Assembly (NCBI GenBank): GCA_035446965.1
Contig: DAOTGE010000002.1
Coordinates: 12,715 to 76,714, forward strand
Direction: 5' to 3'
Origin: Eubacteriales bacterium
GTDB taxonomy: Bacteria; Bacillota; Clostridia; Christensenellales; CAG-138
Length of the DNA: 64,000 nucleotides
The notes below the pieces were generated by a model. That model ran no database searches, was not told the DNA's origin, and saw only the letters and a program-made list of their open reading frames with translations. Numbering within the stretch: the stretch's first letter is position 1; each line of letters begins with the position of its first letter. Of this stretch, positions 18,363-26,873 are shown piece by piece. Position numbers and translations under genes: made by a program.

Positions 18363-20147
18363 ATGGAATCCTGTACAAAACACCTGCTCACCGGTAACGA
18401 GGCAATCGCACGCGGCGCGTTTGAAGCGGGCGTAAAGGTCTGTTCGGCCTATCCCGGCACGCCCAGCACGGAGATTTTTGAAAATCTTGTGCGCTATAAG
18501 GACGTGCTCTACGCGGAATGGGCGCCGAACGAGAAAGTCGCCGTCGAAGTTGCGTACGGCGCGTCCATTGGCAACGTGCGTTCGCTGGCGGCCATGAAGC
18601 ACGTCGGCGTAAACGTTGCGGCCGATCCAATTTTTACCGCCGCTTACAACGGCGTCGGCGCGGGGTTCGTCATCGTCAGCGCGGACGATCCGAGCATGCA
18701 TTCCTCTCAGAACGAGCAGGACAACCGGCGGTATGCGCGCTTTGCGAAAATCCCGCTTGTCGAACCGTCCGACGCGCAGGAATGTAAGGATTTCATGAAA
18801 GAAGCGTACGAAATCTCCGAGCGGTTCAACACGCCGGTCCTCGTGCGCATGACCACGCGCGTTTGCCACTCCAAGAGCCTGGTCACGTTTGAGGAGCGCG
18901 AAGAGCGCGAGGTCAAACCGTACGTGAGGAATATTCCGAAGTTTGTCTGCACGCCCGCCAACGCAAGGGTGCACCGCGTGCAGCTGGAAGAAAGGCTCGA
19001 AGAACTGCGGGCGTATGCTGAGACCAGCCCGCTGAACGTTACGGAATACAAGGGCGGAAAAGTCGGCGTAATTTCGTCCTCCATCGCCTATCAGTATGCA
19101 AAGGAAGCGTTCCCGGAGGACACGTCGTTCCTTAAACTCGGCTTTTCCTGGCCGCTCCCGCTGGATTTAATCCGTGCGTTTGCCGCCCGCGTGGAGAAGC
19201 TCTATGTGGTCGAGGAACTCGACCCGTTCCTTGAAGAGCAGATCAAAGCCGCCGGAATCGAGTGCATCGGCAAGGACGTGATCCCGGACATGTACGAACT
19301 CAACCCGGAGATCGTCCGGCGCGCGGTGTTCGGCGAAGAACCGGAGACGGTCAAGCCGGACTGCGCGGTGGTTGCGCGTCCGCCGGCGCTCTGTCCGGGC
19401 TGTCCGCACAGGGGATTTTTCTATGTACTCAGCAAGCGCAAGGATTTTGTGATCGCGGGCGACATCGGCTGCTACACGCTCGGCTGCGCAGCGCCGCTTT
19501 CGGCGATGGACTCGGTCGTCTGCATGGGCGGCGGGTTCTCGGTCGCCATGGGGCTTTCAAAAGCCTTTGAAGCGAGCGGGCAGGACAGCAAAAAAGTGTT
19601 CGGCGTGGTGGGCGATTCCACGTTTTTCCACAGCGGCATGACCGGCGCGGCGGAGATCATCTACAACAAGGGGAAGGTGATTCCCTGCGTGCTGGACAAC
19701 TCCATCACCGGCATGACGGGGCATCAGGACAATCCCGGCACCGGGTATGCGCTCTCCGGCGAAATCGCCGCGCGCATCCCGATTGAGGACGTTTTGAAAA
19801 GCTATGGCTACCAGAACGTGATCATCGTCGACCCGCAGGATCTCGCCGCCATGCAGAAAGCGGTGGACGACGCGCTGGCGAGCGAAGTTCCCGCCGCAAT
19901 CGTCGTGCGCAGGCCGTGTCTGCTGATCAAGCGCATCAAGCACGACATCGGCAAATGCACGGTCGACCGGGACAAGTGCCGCGGCTGCAAAATGTGCCTG
20001 AAGGTGGCCTGCCCGGCGATTCATATGCGCGAAGGCAAGGCGGAAATCGACCGCACGCTCTGCGTGGGCTGCACGGTCTGTGCGCAGGCCTGTCCGTTCG
20101 GCGCGATCTCGCGCGACGGCGGACCTTCCGCAAAGAAAGGGGAGTGA
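18363..20147 (+). CDS. iorA: Indolepyruvate:ferredoxin oxidoreductase alpha subunit
   Basis: TPP motif GDSTFFHSGMTG and two C-terminal CxxCxxCxxxCP ferredoxin motifs (CRGCKMCLKVACP, CVGCTVCAQACP). Start at the ATG at 18363 (MESCTKHLLTGNEAIARGA). Confidence 0.9.
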   Translation: MESCTKHLLTGNEAIARGAFEAGVKVCSAYPGTPSTEIFENLVRYKDVLYAEWAPNEKVAVEVAYGASIGNVRSLAAMKHVGVNVAADPIFTAAYNGVGAGFVIVSADDPSMHSSQNEQDNRRYARFAKIPLVEPSDAQECKDFMKEAYEISERFNTPVLVRMTTRVCHSKSLVTFEEREEREVKPYVRNIPKFVCTPANARVHRVQLEERLEELRAYAETSPLNVTEYKGGKVGVISSSIAYQYAKEAFPEDTSFLKLGFSWPLPLDLIRAFAARVEKLYVVEELDPFLEEQIKAAGIECIGKDVIPDMYELNPEIVRRAVFGEEPETVKPDCAVVARPPALCPGCPHRGFFYVLSKRKDFVIAGDIGCYTLGCAAPLSAMDSVVCMGGGFSVAMGLSKAFEASGQDSKKVFGVVGDSTFFHSGMTGAAEIIYNKGKVIPCVLDNSITGMTGHQDNPGTGYALSGEIAARIPIEDVLKSYGYQNVIIVDPQDLAAMQKAVDDALASEVPAAIVVRRPCLLIKRIKHDIGKCTVDRDKCRGCKMCLKVACPAIHMREGKAEIDRTLCVGCTVCAQACPFGAISRDGGPSAKKGE

Positions 20148-20152
20148 CGGGT

Positions 20153-20737
20153 ATGACGGCGAACACGAAGAGTATCCTGCTTGCCGGTGTAGGCGGTCAG
20201 GGAACGATTTTGATGAGCAAGGTGCTCACGGCGGGGCTTGTTTCCGCCGGGTACGACGTGAAGATGAGCGAAGTGCATGGCATGGCGCAGCGCGGCGGCT
20301 CCGTTTCAACGCAGGTGCGTTACGGCGAAAAGGTTTATTCGCCGATCATCGGACGCGGCGAGGCGGACGTTCTGGTCGCGTTTGAAAAGATGGAAGCCGT
20401 GCGCTATGCCGAGTTTTTAAAGCCCGGCGGCGCGGCCGTGATCAACGATATCGAAATTATGCCGCTTCCGGTCGCCACCGGCGCGGCGGAATATCCGCTG
20501 GGAACGGTCGAGGCCATGCAGCATTCGTTTTCCAAAGTGCTCGTGATTCCGGCAAGCGGAATTGCGCAGAAACTCGGCAATCCCAAGTGCATGAACATCG
20601 TGCTGCTTGGCGCGCTGGTGCGCGCGTTCCGTCTGGAAGCGATCGACTGGAAAAAAGCGATGGGGGAGACCATTCCGCAGAAACTGCTGGAAATGAATCT
20701 TGCGGCGTTCGACGCGGGCTACGCGTACGGAGGCTGA
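20153..20737 (+). CDS. iorB: Indolepyruvate:ferredoxin oxidoreductase beta subunit
   Basis: LLAGVGGQGTILMSKVL N-terminus and 194-aa size typical of IorB. Start at the ATG at 20153. Confidence 0.85.
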   Translation: MTANTKSILLAGVGGQGTILMSKVLTAGLVSAGYDVKMSEVHGMAQRGGSVSTQVRYGEKVYSPIIGRGEADVLVAFEKMEAVRYAEFLKPGGAAVINDIEIMPLPVATGAAEYPLGTVEAMQHSFSKVLVIPASGIAQKLGNPKCMNIVLLGALVRAFRLEAIDWKKAMGETIPQKLLEMNLAAFDAGYAYGG

Positions 20738-20741
20738 AACG

Positions 20742-21932
20742 ATGGTATCGCAGGAAATGCGGGAAGCGGGGCGCGTGCGCTCCGCAATCCGCGAGGTGTT
20801 TGAATACGGCCGCCGCCGCGCGCTGCTGGTCGGCGAAGAAAACGTATTCGATTTTTCACTCGGCAATCCGTCGGTGCCGCCGCCCGCCGAAGTGAGCGCG
20901 GCGTTTATCGACCTGCTGCAAAACAGCGATCCGATCCGGATTCACGGGTACACGAGCGCGCCCGGCGCGAACGAACCGCGCGAAGCGATTGCCGCCAACC
21001 TCAACCGGCGCTTCGGCACGAACTTTTCAAGGAAGAACCTGTATCTCACCTGCGGCGCGGCGGCCGGACTGACTTCGGTTTTCCGCGCGCTGACGCTGGA
21101 CGAGCGGACCGAGTTTGTGGCGATTGCGCCGTATTTTCCCGAATACGCCTGCTTTGCCAAAACGGCAGGCGGGAAGCTCGTGATTGTGGAAGCGGACACG
21201 CAGGATTTTCAGATCGATTTCGACCGGCTTGCCCGCGCGCTCGGCCCGCATACGCAGGGCGTTGTAATCAACTCGCCGAACAACCCGTCCGGCGTGGTAT
21301 ATTCGGAGGAAACGCTCAAAAAGCTCGCCGCGCTGCTCCGCGAAAAGAGCGCGGAATACGGTCACCCGATCTACCTGATTTCGGACGAGCCGTACCGTGA
21401 GCTGAACTACACCGGCGTGCCCGTGCCGTTTATTACGCAGCTTTACGAATGCGCGATTGTGACCTATTCCTATTCAAAGAGCCTCTCGCTGCCGGGCGAC
21501 CGCATCGGCTATGTGCTGGTGGCGGACGAAATGCCGGATTTTGACGACGTTTGCAACGCAATCGCCGGCAGCGCGCGCATGCAGGGGTATGTCTGCGCGC
21601 CCGCAATCCTGCAGCAGGTCGTCGCCCGGTGTGCAAAAAGCGACGTGCAGCCGGACCTTTCGAGCTATCGTAAAAACAGAAAAGCGCTCTATGAGGGGCT
21701 TACGAAGATCGGCTACCGCTGCATGCCTCCGGACGGTGCGTTTTACCTGTTTGTGCAGGCGCCGGGCGGGGACGGGGACGCATTCGCCGAAAGAGCAAAA
21801 AAGGAGGACATCCTCATCGTCTCCGGGCGGAGTTTCGGCTGTCCTGGATATGTGCGCGTTTCCTATTGCGTGGCGTACGAGACCATCGTGCGCGCCATGC
21901 CCGGCTTTGCGCGTTTGTTTACAAACAACTAA
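20742..21932 (+). CDS. Class I/II PLP-dependent aminotransferase (aspartate/aromatic type)
   Basis: INSPNNPSG and SYSKSLSLPGDRIGY (PLP lysine). Start at the ATG at 20742, directly after iorB. Confidence 0.85.
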   Translation: MVSQEMREAGRVRSAIREVFEYGRRRALLVGEENVFDFSLGNPSVPPPAEVSAAFIDLLQNSDPIRIHGYTSAPGANEPREAIAANLNRRFGTNFSRKNLYLTCGAAAGLTSVFRALTLDERTEFVAIAPYFPEYACFAKTAGGKLVIVEADTQDFQIDFDRLARALGPHTQGVVINSPNNPSGVVYSEETLKKLAALLREKSAEYGHPIYLISDEPYRELNYTGVPVPFITQLYECAIVTYSYSKSLSLPGDRIGYVLVADEMPDFDDVCNAIAGSARMQGYVCAPAILQQVVARCAKSDVQPDLSSYRKNRKALYEGLTKIGYRCMPPDGAFYLFVQAPGGDGDAFAERAKKEDILIVSGRSFGCPGYVRVSYCVAYETIVRAMPGFARLFTNN

Positions 21933-22014
21933 CGTTCATGGTACAATCTTTTTGTTATTGATGTGTCCTGTTTCATAGCTTGGGCGACGGTGTTCTCTTA
22001 GGGGGGGCGATACC

Positions 22015-22476
22015 TTGAGCCGGGACGATACGAAGAGGCGTGACGCCGTACGGCTGCGTGCACGGGCGATGCTTGCGCAGCAGTCGCGCGAGGAACTGAT
22101 TGAAACGGCGCTCACACTGCAGGACAAAAAGATGATGATGCGCTCCGAAATCGAGCGGTTACGGCGTGTCATCGCCAAACAGCGCGCATGGGGACGGCTG
22201 TCGCTTTCGTTCATTGCGTCCGGTGTTTTGTTCGCAGTGATCCTGATTGAAGGCGTGCAGCACCTCTGGACGGTGCCGCTGGTGCTGATTGAGTCCGTGT
22301 TTGGCGGGTTTGTTGCGGGATTTTTGCTGGTTACGGCGCAGCGGACGATCCGCAAGCACATTTATGAAAAGTTCGACTACTCCAGGACCGCGCAGGCGGC
22401 CTCCTACATTACACTGTTTGTAATGAGCGCCGCCGTGATTATCATCGGCTGGCTGATAGAAACCATGTGGTTTTAG
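22015..22476 (+). CDS. Hypothetical membrane protein (N-terminal coiled coil plus 3 TM)
   Basis: ORF with a TTG start preceded by a G7 run. Coding-like composition, with no recognisable family. Confidence 0.4.
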   Translation: MSRDDTKRRDAVRLRARAMLAQQSREELIETALTLQDKKMMMRSEIERLRRVIAKQRAWGRLSLSFIASGVLFAVILIEGVQHLWTVPLVLIESVFGGFVAGFLLVTAQRTIRKHIYEKFDYSRTAQAASYITLFVMSAAVIIIGWLIETMWF

Positions 22477-22599
22477 CGCAGGAACGCCGCCTGTTTTGAG
22501 CGGCGCCGGAGCGGCAGATTATAAACCCCATGCAGTTTTTCAAAAAAATCAGGCTTTCGTCGCGTTTGAGCGGTGGAAGCCTTTTTTTGCATGGCGCTT

Positions 22600-23697
22600 T
22601 TATCGTACGCCGCGGCGCTGCAGCATAATTTCGGCGATGATCGCGCGCATTTCGGGTTCGCGCACATCCATTTCTTCCAGCAGGCGGAACTGCGTCCGCG
22701 CGCGCTCGAGATTCTGCCCCGGACGCGAAATATGATAATATCGGTCGCCGGAGAGGTAGTCGGTCAGAAAGCGCACGCCGTTTTCAAGCGCCATCATCCT
22801 TGCCCCGGTTGGAAGCATGGCGGTTTCCGTTTCGCTCAGGCTGTCGCCACAGGCGGAAAGATATCCGCTTGCAAACGATTTGAACAGCGCGATATCGAAG
22901 TGCACAAAATCAAGCTCCGGTTCGTCCTCGGCTGCCGTGGACGCGCCGAAGCGGACTGCGTCGCCAAAGTCGGTGGCGCAGAGCCCCGGCATGACCGTGT
23001 CCAAATCGATGACGCAGAGCGCTTTACGGGTCGCCTGATCGAACAGCACATTGTTGATTTTGGTGTCGTTGTGCGTTACGCGGAGCGGCAGTTCGCCCTC
23101 CGCCGCAAGATCGGTCAGCGTGTGTGCGAACGCTTCATACCGGAGCGCAAAGCTGAGTTCGCGCTGCACGCCGCGCGCGCGCATAAGCGGGTCTTCTTCA
23201 GTGGCGGCGCGCAGCGCCGCAAAGCGCGCCGGTGTGTCGTGGAAGTGCGGAATCGTCTCCGCGAGTTCGTGCACGGGAAAATCCGCAAGCAGAGTCAGAA
23301 ATTGTCCGAAGGCGGCGCCGCTTTCGTAAAACAGCGCCGCATCCGCGTGATCGAAACAAATGCTGTTTTCAACGAAACGGAAGACGCGCCAGTATCCGCC
23401 GTTTTCAACGGCGAACGGACGCCCGTCGCGCGCGGGCACCAAGGAGAGCACCTGCCGCGGGTCGTCCGTTTTTTTGCGAAGATGCGCGCAGACGCGCTCG
23501 ATGTTGCGCATCAGCAAAACAGGCTCTGTGAACACGTGCGTGTTGATGCGCTGGAGGATGAACGTCTCGCCGCCGCGGCAGGCGACGAGGCGCGTATCGT
23601 GGATGTGCCCGCCGCCGTATGGCTCGCAGGAAACCGGTTTGTCTGGAAAGGCAAAACAGGAAAGGACGGACAGCACGAAAAAGTTCCTCCGTTTCAT
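22600..23697 (-). CDS. nahK: N-acetylhexosamine 1-kinase-like phosphotransferase (APH fold)
   Basis: EPYGGGHIHDT...ILQRINTHVF, HFHDTPARF, RVTHNDTKINNVLFD, IDLDTVMPG. Collinear, as far as I recall that sequence, with bifidobacterial NahK over the full length. Confidence 0.75.
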   Translation of the reverse strand: MKRRNFFVLSVLSCFAFPDKPVSCEPYGGGHIHDTRLVACRGGETFILQRINTHVFTEPVLLMRNIERVCAHLRKKTDDPRQVLSLVPARDGRPFAVENGGYWRVFRFVENSICFDHADAALFYESGAAFGQFLTLLADFPVHELAETIPHFHDTPARFAALRAATEEDPLMRARGVQRELSFALRYEAFAHTLTDLAAEGELPLRVTHNDTKINNVLFDQATRKALCVIDLDTVMPGLCATDFGDAVRFGASTAAEDEPELDFVHFDIALFKSFASGYLSACGDSLSETETAMLPTGARMMALENGVRFLTDYLSGDRYYHISRPGQNLERARTQFRLLEEMDVREPEMRAIIAEIMLQRRGVR

Positions 23698-23724
23698 CCG
23701 CTGTGCGGGAAGATTGCGGGTCTG

Positions 23725-26136
23725 TTACCTGGAACGGGGCTTGCGCATTCCCTTTAGACCCTTAAAGAAACGGCCGTTGAGCATCGTTACGATCGCGTCC
23801 ACCTGCTTTGGCCCAAACCCGCTGCCGCCCATGGTCAGCATGCGCAGCGGTGATTCAAACACCAGATAGTCGACCATTTCTCCGGCTTCTTCGTCGTCTT
23901 TCATCTTTGCGGCGACGCGTTTGCCGACGAGCACGAGGATGCGCCCGAGCAGCGTGTGTTTTGCCTCGGCAAGGGTGGAATTGCGTGTGAACGGATCGCC
24001 TTTTTTCATGCTCCGCTGTGGAATCGGCCTGCCGAGCAGCGCGCTGAACGCGTCGTCCGGCACGATGACACCATTTGAAAGATCGTAGTAGCAGGGTGCG
24101 CTTTTGCGAAAATCCGGGATGGTCTGGCCGCCGTCCGCTTGCGCGCGAACGCTTGCGCGCAGGCGAATATCGCGGCTGGAGGCGGAGATGCGGATTTCAT
24201 ATTCGCCGCCCTCGACGCGCCAGCCGGACGCTTTTGTGTTGTAGTAACTGATATCGCGGCGATCGAGCGTAAACGAAACGGTCTTCGTTTCGCCCGGATG
24301 CAGAAGGACTTTCTCAAAGCCCTTGAGCTCCTGCTCCGCGCAGAACATCACGTCCGAACGATGCGAAACGTACAACTGTACGACTTCGCCGCCGGTGACA
24401 CTGCCGGTGTTGGTTATGTCGCAGGAAATTTCCAGCGTTTCGCCCGCGCTGAGCGACGAACCGCTCAGGCGCAGGTTGGAATAGGCAAACGACGTGTAGG
24501 AAAGCCCATAGCCGAACGGATAACGCACGGGTTTTTCCGCAGTGTCGAAATACCGGTAGCCGACAAAGATGCTTTCGCGGTATTCCACCGTATGCGGATA
24601 GCCGGGGAAGTATGCGAAGGAGGGGCTGTCCGCCAGCGTCAGCGGCCAGCTTTCCGGCAGTTTGCCGGAGGGGCAGCGCCTTCCCGTGATCAGGTCCGCC
24701 GCGGCACCGCCGACCGCTTCGCCGCCGAGGTAGGTCAAAAGAATCGATTTTGCGCCGGATTCCCAGGCCATGTCGACGACCGAGCCGCAGGCGACCACGG
24801 CGACGACGTTCGGATTGGCCTGTGCAACCCGGCGGACCAGCTCGATGTGGTTCTTCGGCATGTCCAGCTTCGCGCGGTCGAACCCTTCGGACTCGTAGCG
24901 GTCCGGCAGGCCGATGAACAGGATGGCCGCGTCTTTGCCGCGTGCGGCTTCGCAGGCTTCCCGGAGGAGCGCTTCGTCCGGCTCGTCGCTGGTTACGTCG
25001 TATCCGTCGGCATATTCGGCACGGATGCCGAGCGTCTGGAGTTCCTCCAGCGCGCTGTCGAGCTTGACGGGCACGACCTTGGAGCTGCCCGCGCCCTGAT
25101 AGCGCGGCGTTTTGGCGAACGTGCCGATCACGGCGACGCTTGCGCCGGGTTTGAGCGGCAGCAGCGCGTCTTCGTTTTTGAGCAGCACGGCGGAGCGGGC
25201 CGCGGCTTCCCGCGCGAACGCGTGGTGCGCTTCGTGCTTTTGTACAAGCGGCTTTCGCTCGGCGTTTGCGCGCAGAACGAGCGCGCAGACGCGCTCGGCA
25301 CAGCGGTCGACGTCCTCCTGTTTGAGTTCGCCGCGTTCCACGGCGGCGGCGATTTCGTCGTCCCGGTACGAATCCACATACGGCATTTCCAGATCGAGGC
25401 CAGCGCTTACGCCGAGGTTGCGGTCGTTGACCGCGCCCCAGTCGGACATCACGAGCCCGTCGAATCCCCATTGATTGCGCAGGACGTCGGTCAAAAGCCA
25501 CTTGTTCTCGCTCGCGTGCAGACCCTTAACGCGGTTGTAGGAGCACATCACCGTCCAGGGACGCGCGCTTTTGATTACGCGTTCAAAGGAAGAAAGGTAA
25601 AGCTCAAACATGGCGCGTTCGTCCGCGACGGAATCGACGATCAGGCGGCGCAGCTCCTGATTGTTGAGCGCGAAGTGCTTGACGCAGGCGCCGACGCCCT
25701 GGCTCTGCACGCCCTGCACGAATGCGCTCGCCAGTTCGCCGGAAACGACGGGGTCTTCGCTGAAATACTCAAAATTGCGGCCGCAGAGCGGGCTGCGCTT
25801 GCAGTTGAGCCCCGGGCCGAGGATGACGGAAACGTCCTCCGCGCGGCATTCCTCCGCAATCGCGGAGCCGAGGGAGCGCAGTAAGTCCCGGTCGAACGAA
25901 CACGCGGAAAGCGACGCGGTCGGGAAGCAGGTTGCCGGGAGCGTGCGCTTTTTTTCAGCTCCTTCGCCCGCCGCCTCTTTTCGCAGACCGTGCGGCCCGT
26001 CCGACACCGCGACGGCGGACAGGCCGAGCCGTTCGACCGGTTTGGTGCGCCAGCTGTCCGCTCCGCTGAGCAGACGCGTTTTTTCCTGCAGCGTCATCTG
26101 GGAAACGAGTTTTTTTGCCTCATCGTTAAAATTCAT
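23725..26136 (-). CDS. GH3 family beta-glucosidase/exo-glycosidase
   Basis: GLNCKRSPLCGRNFEYFSEDP, MSDWGAV (nucleophile Asp region), and a C-terminal fibronectin-III-like domain. 803 aa. Confidence 0.85.
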   Translation of the reverse strand: MNFNDEAKKLVSQMTLQEKTRLLSGADSWRTKPVERLGLSAVAVSDGPHGLRKEAAGEGAEKKRTLPATCFPTASLSACSFDRDLLRSLGSAIAEECRAEDVSVILGPGLNCKRSPLCGRNFEYFSEDPVVSGELASAFVQGVQSQGVGACVKHFALNNQELRRLIVDSVADERAMFELYLSSFERVIKSARPWTVMCSYNRVKGLHASENKWLLTDVLRNQWGFDGLVMSDWGAVNDRNLGVSAGLDLEMPYVDSYRDDEIAAAVERGELKQEDVDRCAERVCALVLRANAERKPLVQKHEAHHAFAREAAARSAVLLKNEDALLPLKPGASVAVIGTFAKTPRYQGAGSSKVVPVKLDSALEELQTLGIRAEYADGYDVTSDEPDEALLREACEAARGKDAAILFIGLPDRYESEGFDRAKLDMPKNHIELVRRVAQANPNVVAVVACGSVVDMAWESGAKSILLTYLGGEAVGGAAADLITGRRCPSGKLPESWPLTLADSPSFAYFPGYPHTVEYRESIFVGYRYFDTAEKPVRYPFGYGLSYTSFAYSNLRLSGSSLSAGETLEISCDITNTGSVTGGEVVQLYVSHRSDVMFCAEQELKGFEKVLLHPGETKTVSFTLDRRDISYYNTKASGWRVEGGEYEIRISASSRDIRLRASVRAQADGGQTIPDFRKSAPCYYDLSNGVIVPDDAFSALLGRPIPQRSMKKGDPFTRNSTLAEAKHTLLGRILVLVGKRVAAKMKDDEEAGEMVDYLVFESPLRMLTMGGSGFGPKQVDAIVTMLNGRFFKGLKGMRKPRSR

Positions 26137-26332
26137 AACTGCACCTCCGCATAAAAAAATTATAGCATGGAACCTTGCCGGATCAAACAGAGCGTTTGTA
26201 TAAATCCAGGCAAAATAAGGAAAAATCCGGGGAGTCCGGCACGTGTTTGTACACGGAGTTCACAACCGGGGAAACGACGCGCTTGACACGCGGCGCTCTC
26301 GTGTGTTAGCGTTACGTTGAGGTTCAAGAGAA

Positions 26333-26432
26333 TCTCCCGCGAAAAGGCAAACCCCGTGAAAACGGGCGGCGCAAAACTACAGGGTCTACCGGCGCGCTCT
26401 TACGCCTATGACAGCCAGTTGCCGAACGAGTA
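26333..26432 (+). promoter_or_regulatory. Class I cyclic-di-GMP riboswitch (GEMM-I) aptamer
   Basis: AAAGGCAAACC-CCGT-GAAA-ACGG-GCGGCGCAAAACTACAGGGTCTACC...CCTATGACAGCCAGTTGCCGAAC. This matches the GEMM-I pattern GGCAAACC-(stem)-GNRA-(stem)-G..CGCAAA...GGGUCUA...AUGAC.GCCAG.UUGCCGAA, including the GAAA tetraloop hairpin. Confidence 0.72.
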
Positions 26433-26465
26433 CTCCCGGAGAAACCCCCGGGTGCATATGTGTTT

Positions 26466-26505
26466 TCGGCAGCATGGCGGCAGAAAAAGCCGGCTGCTTT
26501 TTTAG
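26466..26505 (+). terminator. Intrinsic terminator forming the riboswitch expression platform
   Basis: GCAGC-atgg-CGGC-agaaaaa-GCCG-GCTGC followed by TTTTTT. It is preceded by a CCCGG/CCGGG hairpin. Confidence 0.55.
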
Positions 26506-26777
26506 TTCGGTCCATGGGGTGAAGCGTTCCGGGCAAAACCTAAACCGTCCGACGGCGAAAGGGGCTGGCGCATGATCTGAAAGTACAATTTTGCAGGGCG
26601 TGTACAGACTGATACGTTTCGGCCCGGATGCAAACAGGGGAACCGGATGCGAAGGGGACGCCGGCCCTGCGGTGTGTTTCAATTTGAAAAAAGCCGCCGC
26701 GTTTATGCGGCATCACGAACTTATGCGGATTTGCGCCAATCCGGAGGTGGACGTTTGGGCACAGCCGTTTCACGCCT

Positions 26778-26805
26778 TTGAATTGATTCAGCCTTGTGGT
26801 ATTAT
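26778..26805 (+). promoter_or_regulatory. Sigma-A type promoter proximal to the HD-GYP gene
   Basis: TTGAAT (26778-26783), 16-nt spacer ending in TGG, TATTAT (26800-26805). Confidence 0.45.
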
Positions 26806-26873
26806 ATATGAAGTGGTAACCTATGGGGTCGGGCACATGTACAATGCAAAAAAAGCGATACCATAAGGCGAAA

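Noticed and set aside
26317-26505. Alternative identities considered for the structured RNA: cobalamin riboswitch, tmRNA, RNase P RNA, 6S RNA, SRP RNA.
   Set aside because: There is no B12 box (AGYCMGGAGACCKGCC), no tRNA-like GGTTCGAATCC/CCACCA end or ANDENYALAA-type tag frame, and no GAGGAAAGTCCGGGC. The GGCAAACC...GAAA...CGCAAA...GGGTCTA...ATGACAGCCAGTTGCCGAA pattern fits GEMM-I much better.
26591-26866. 91-aa ORF inside the riboswitch-to-HD-GYP spacer.
   Set aside because: It has no RBS and a non-protein-like composition, and it runs through a predicted promoter. It is most likely non-coding.
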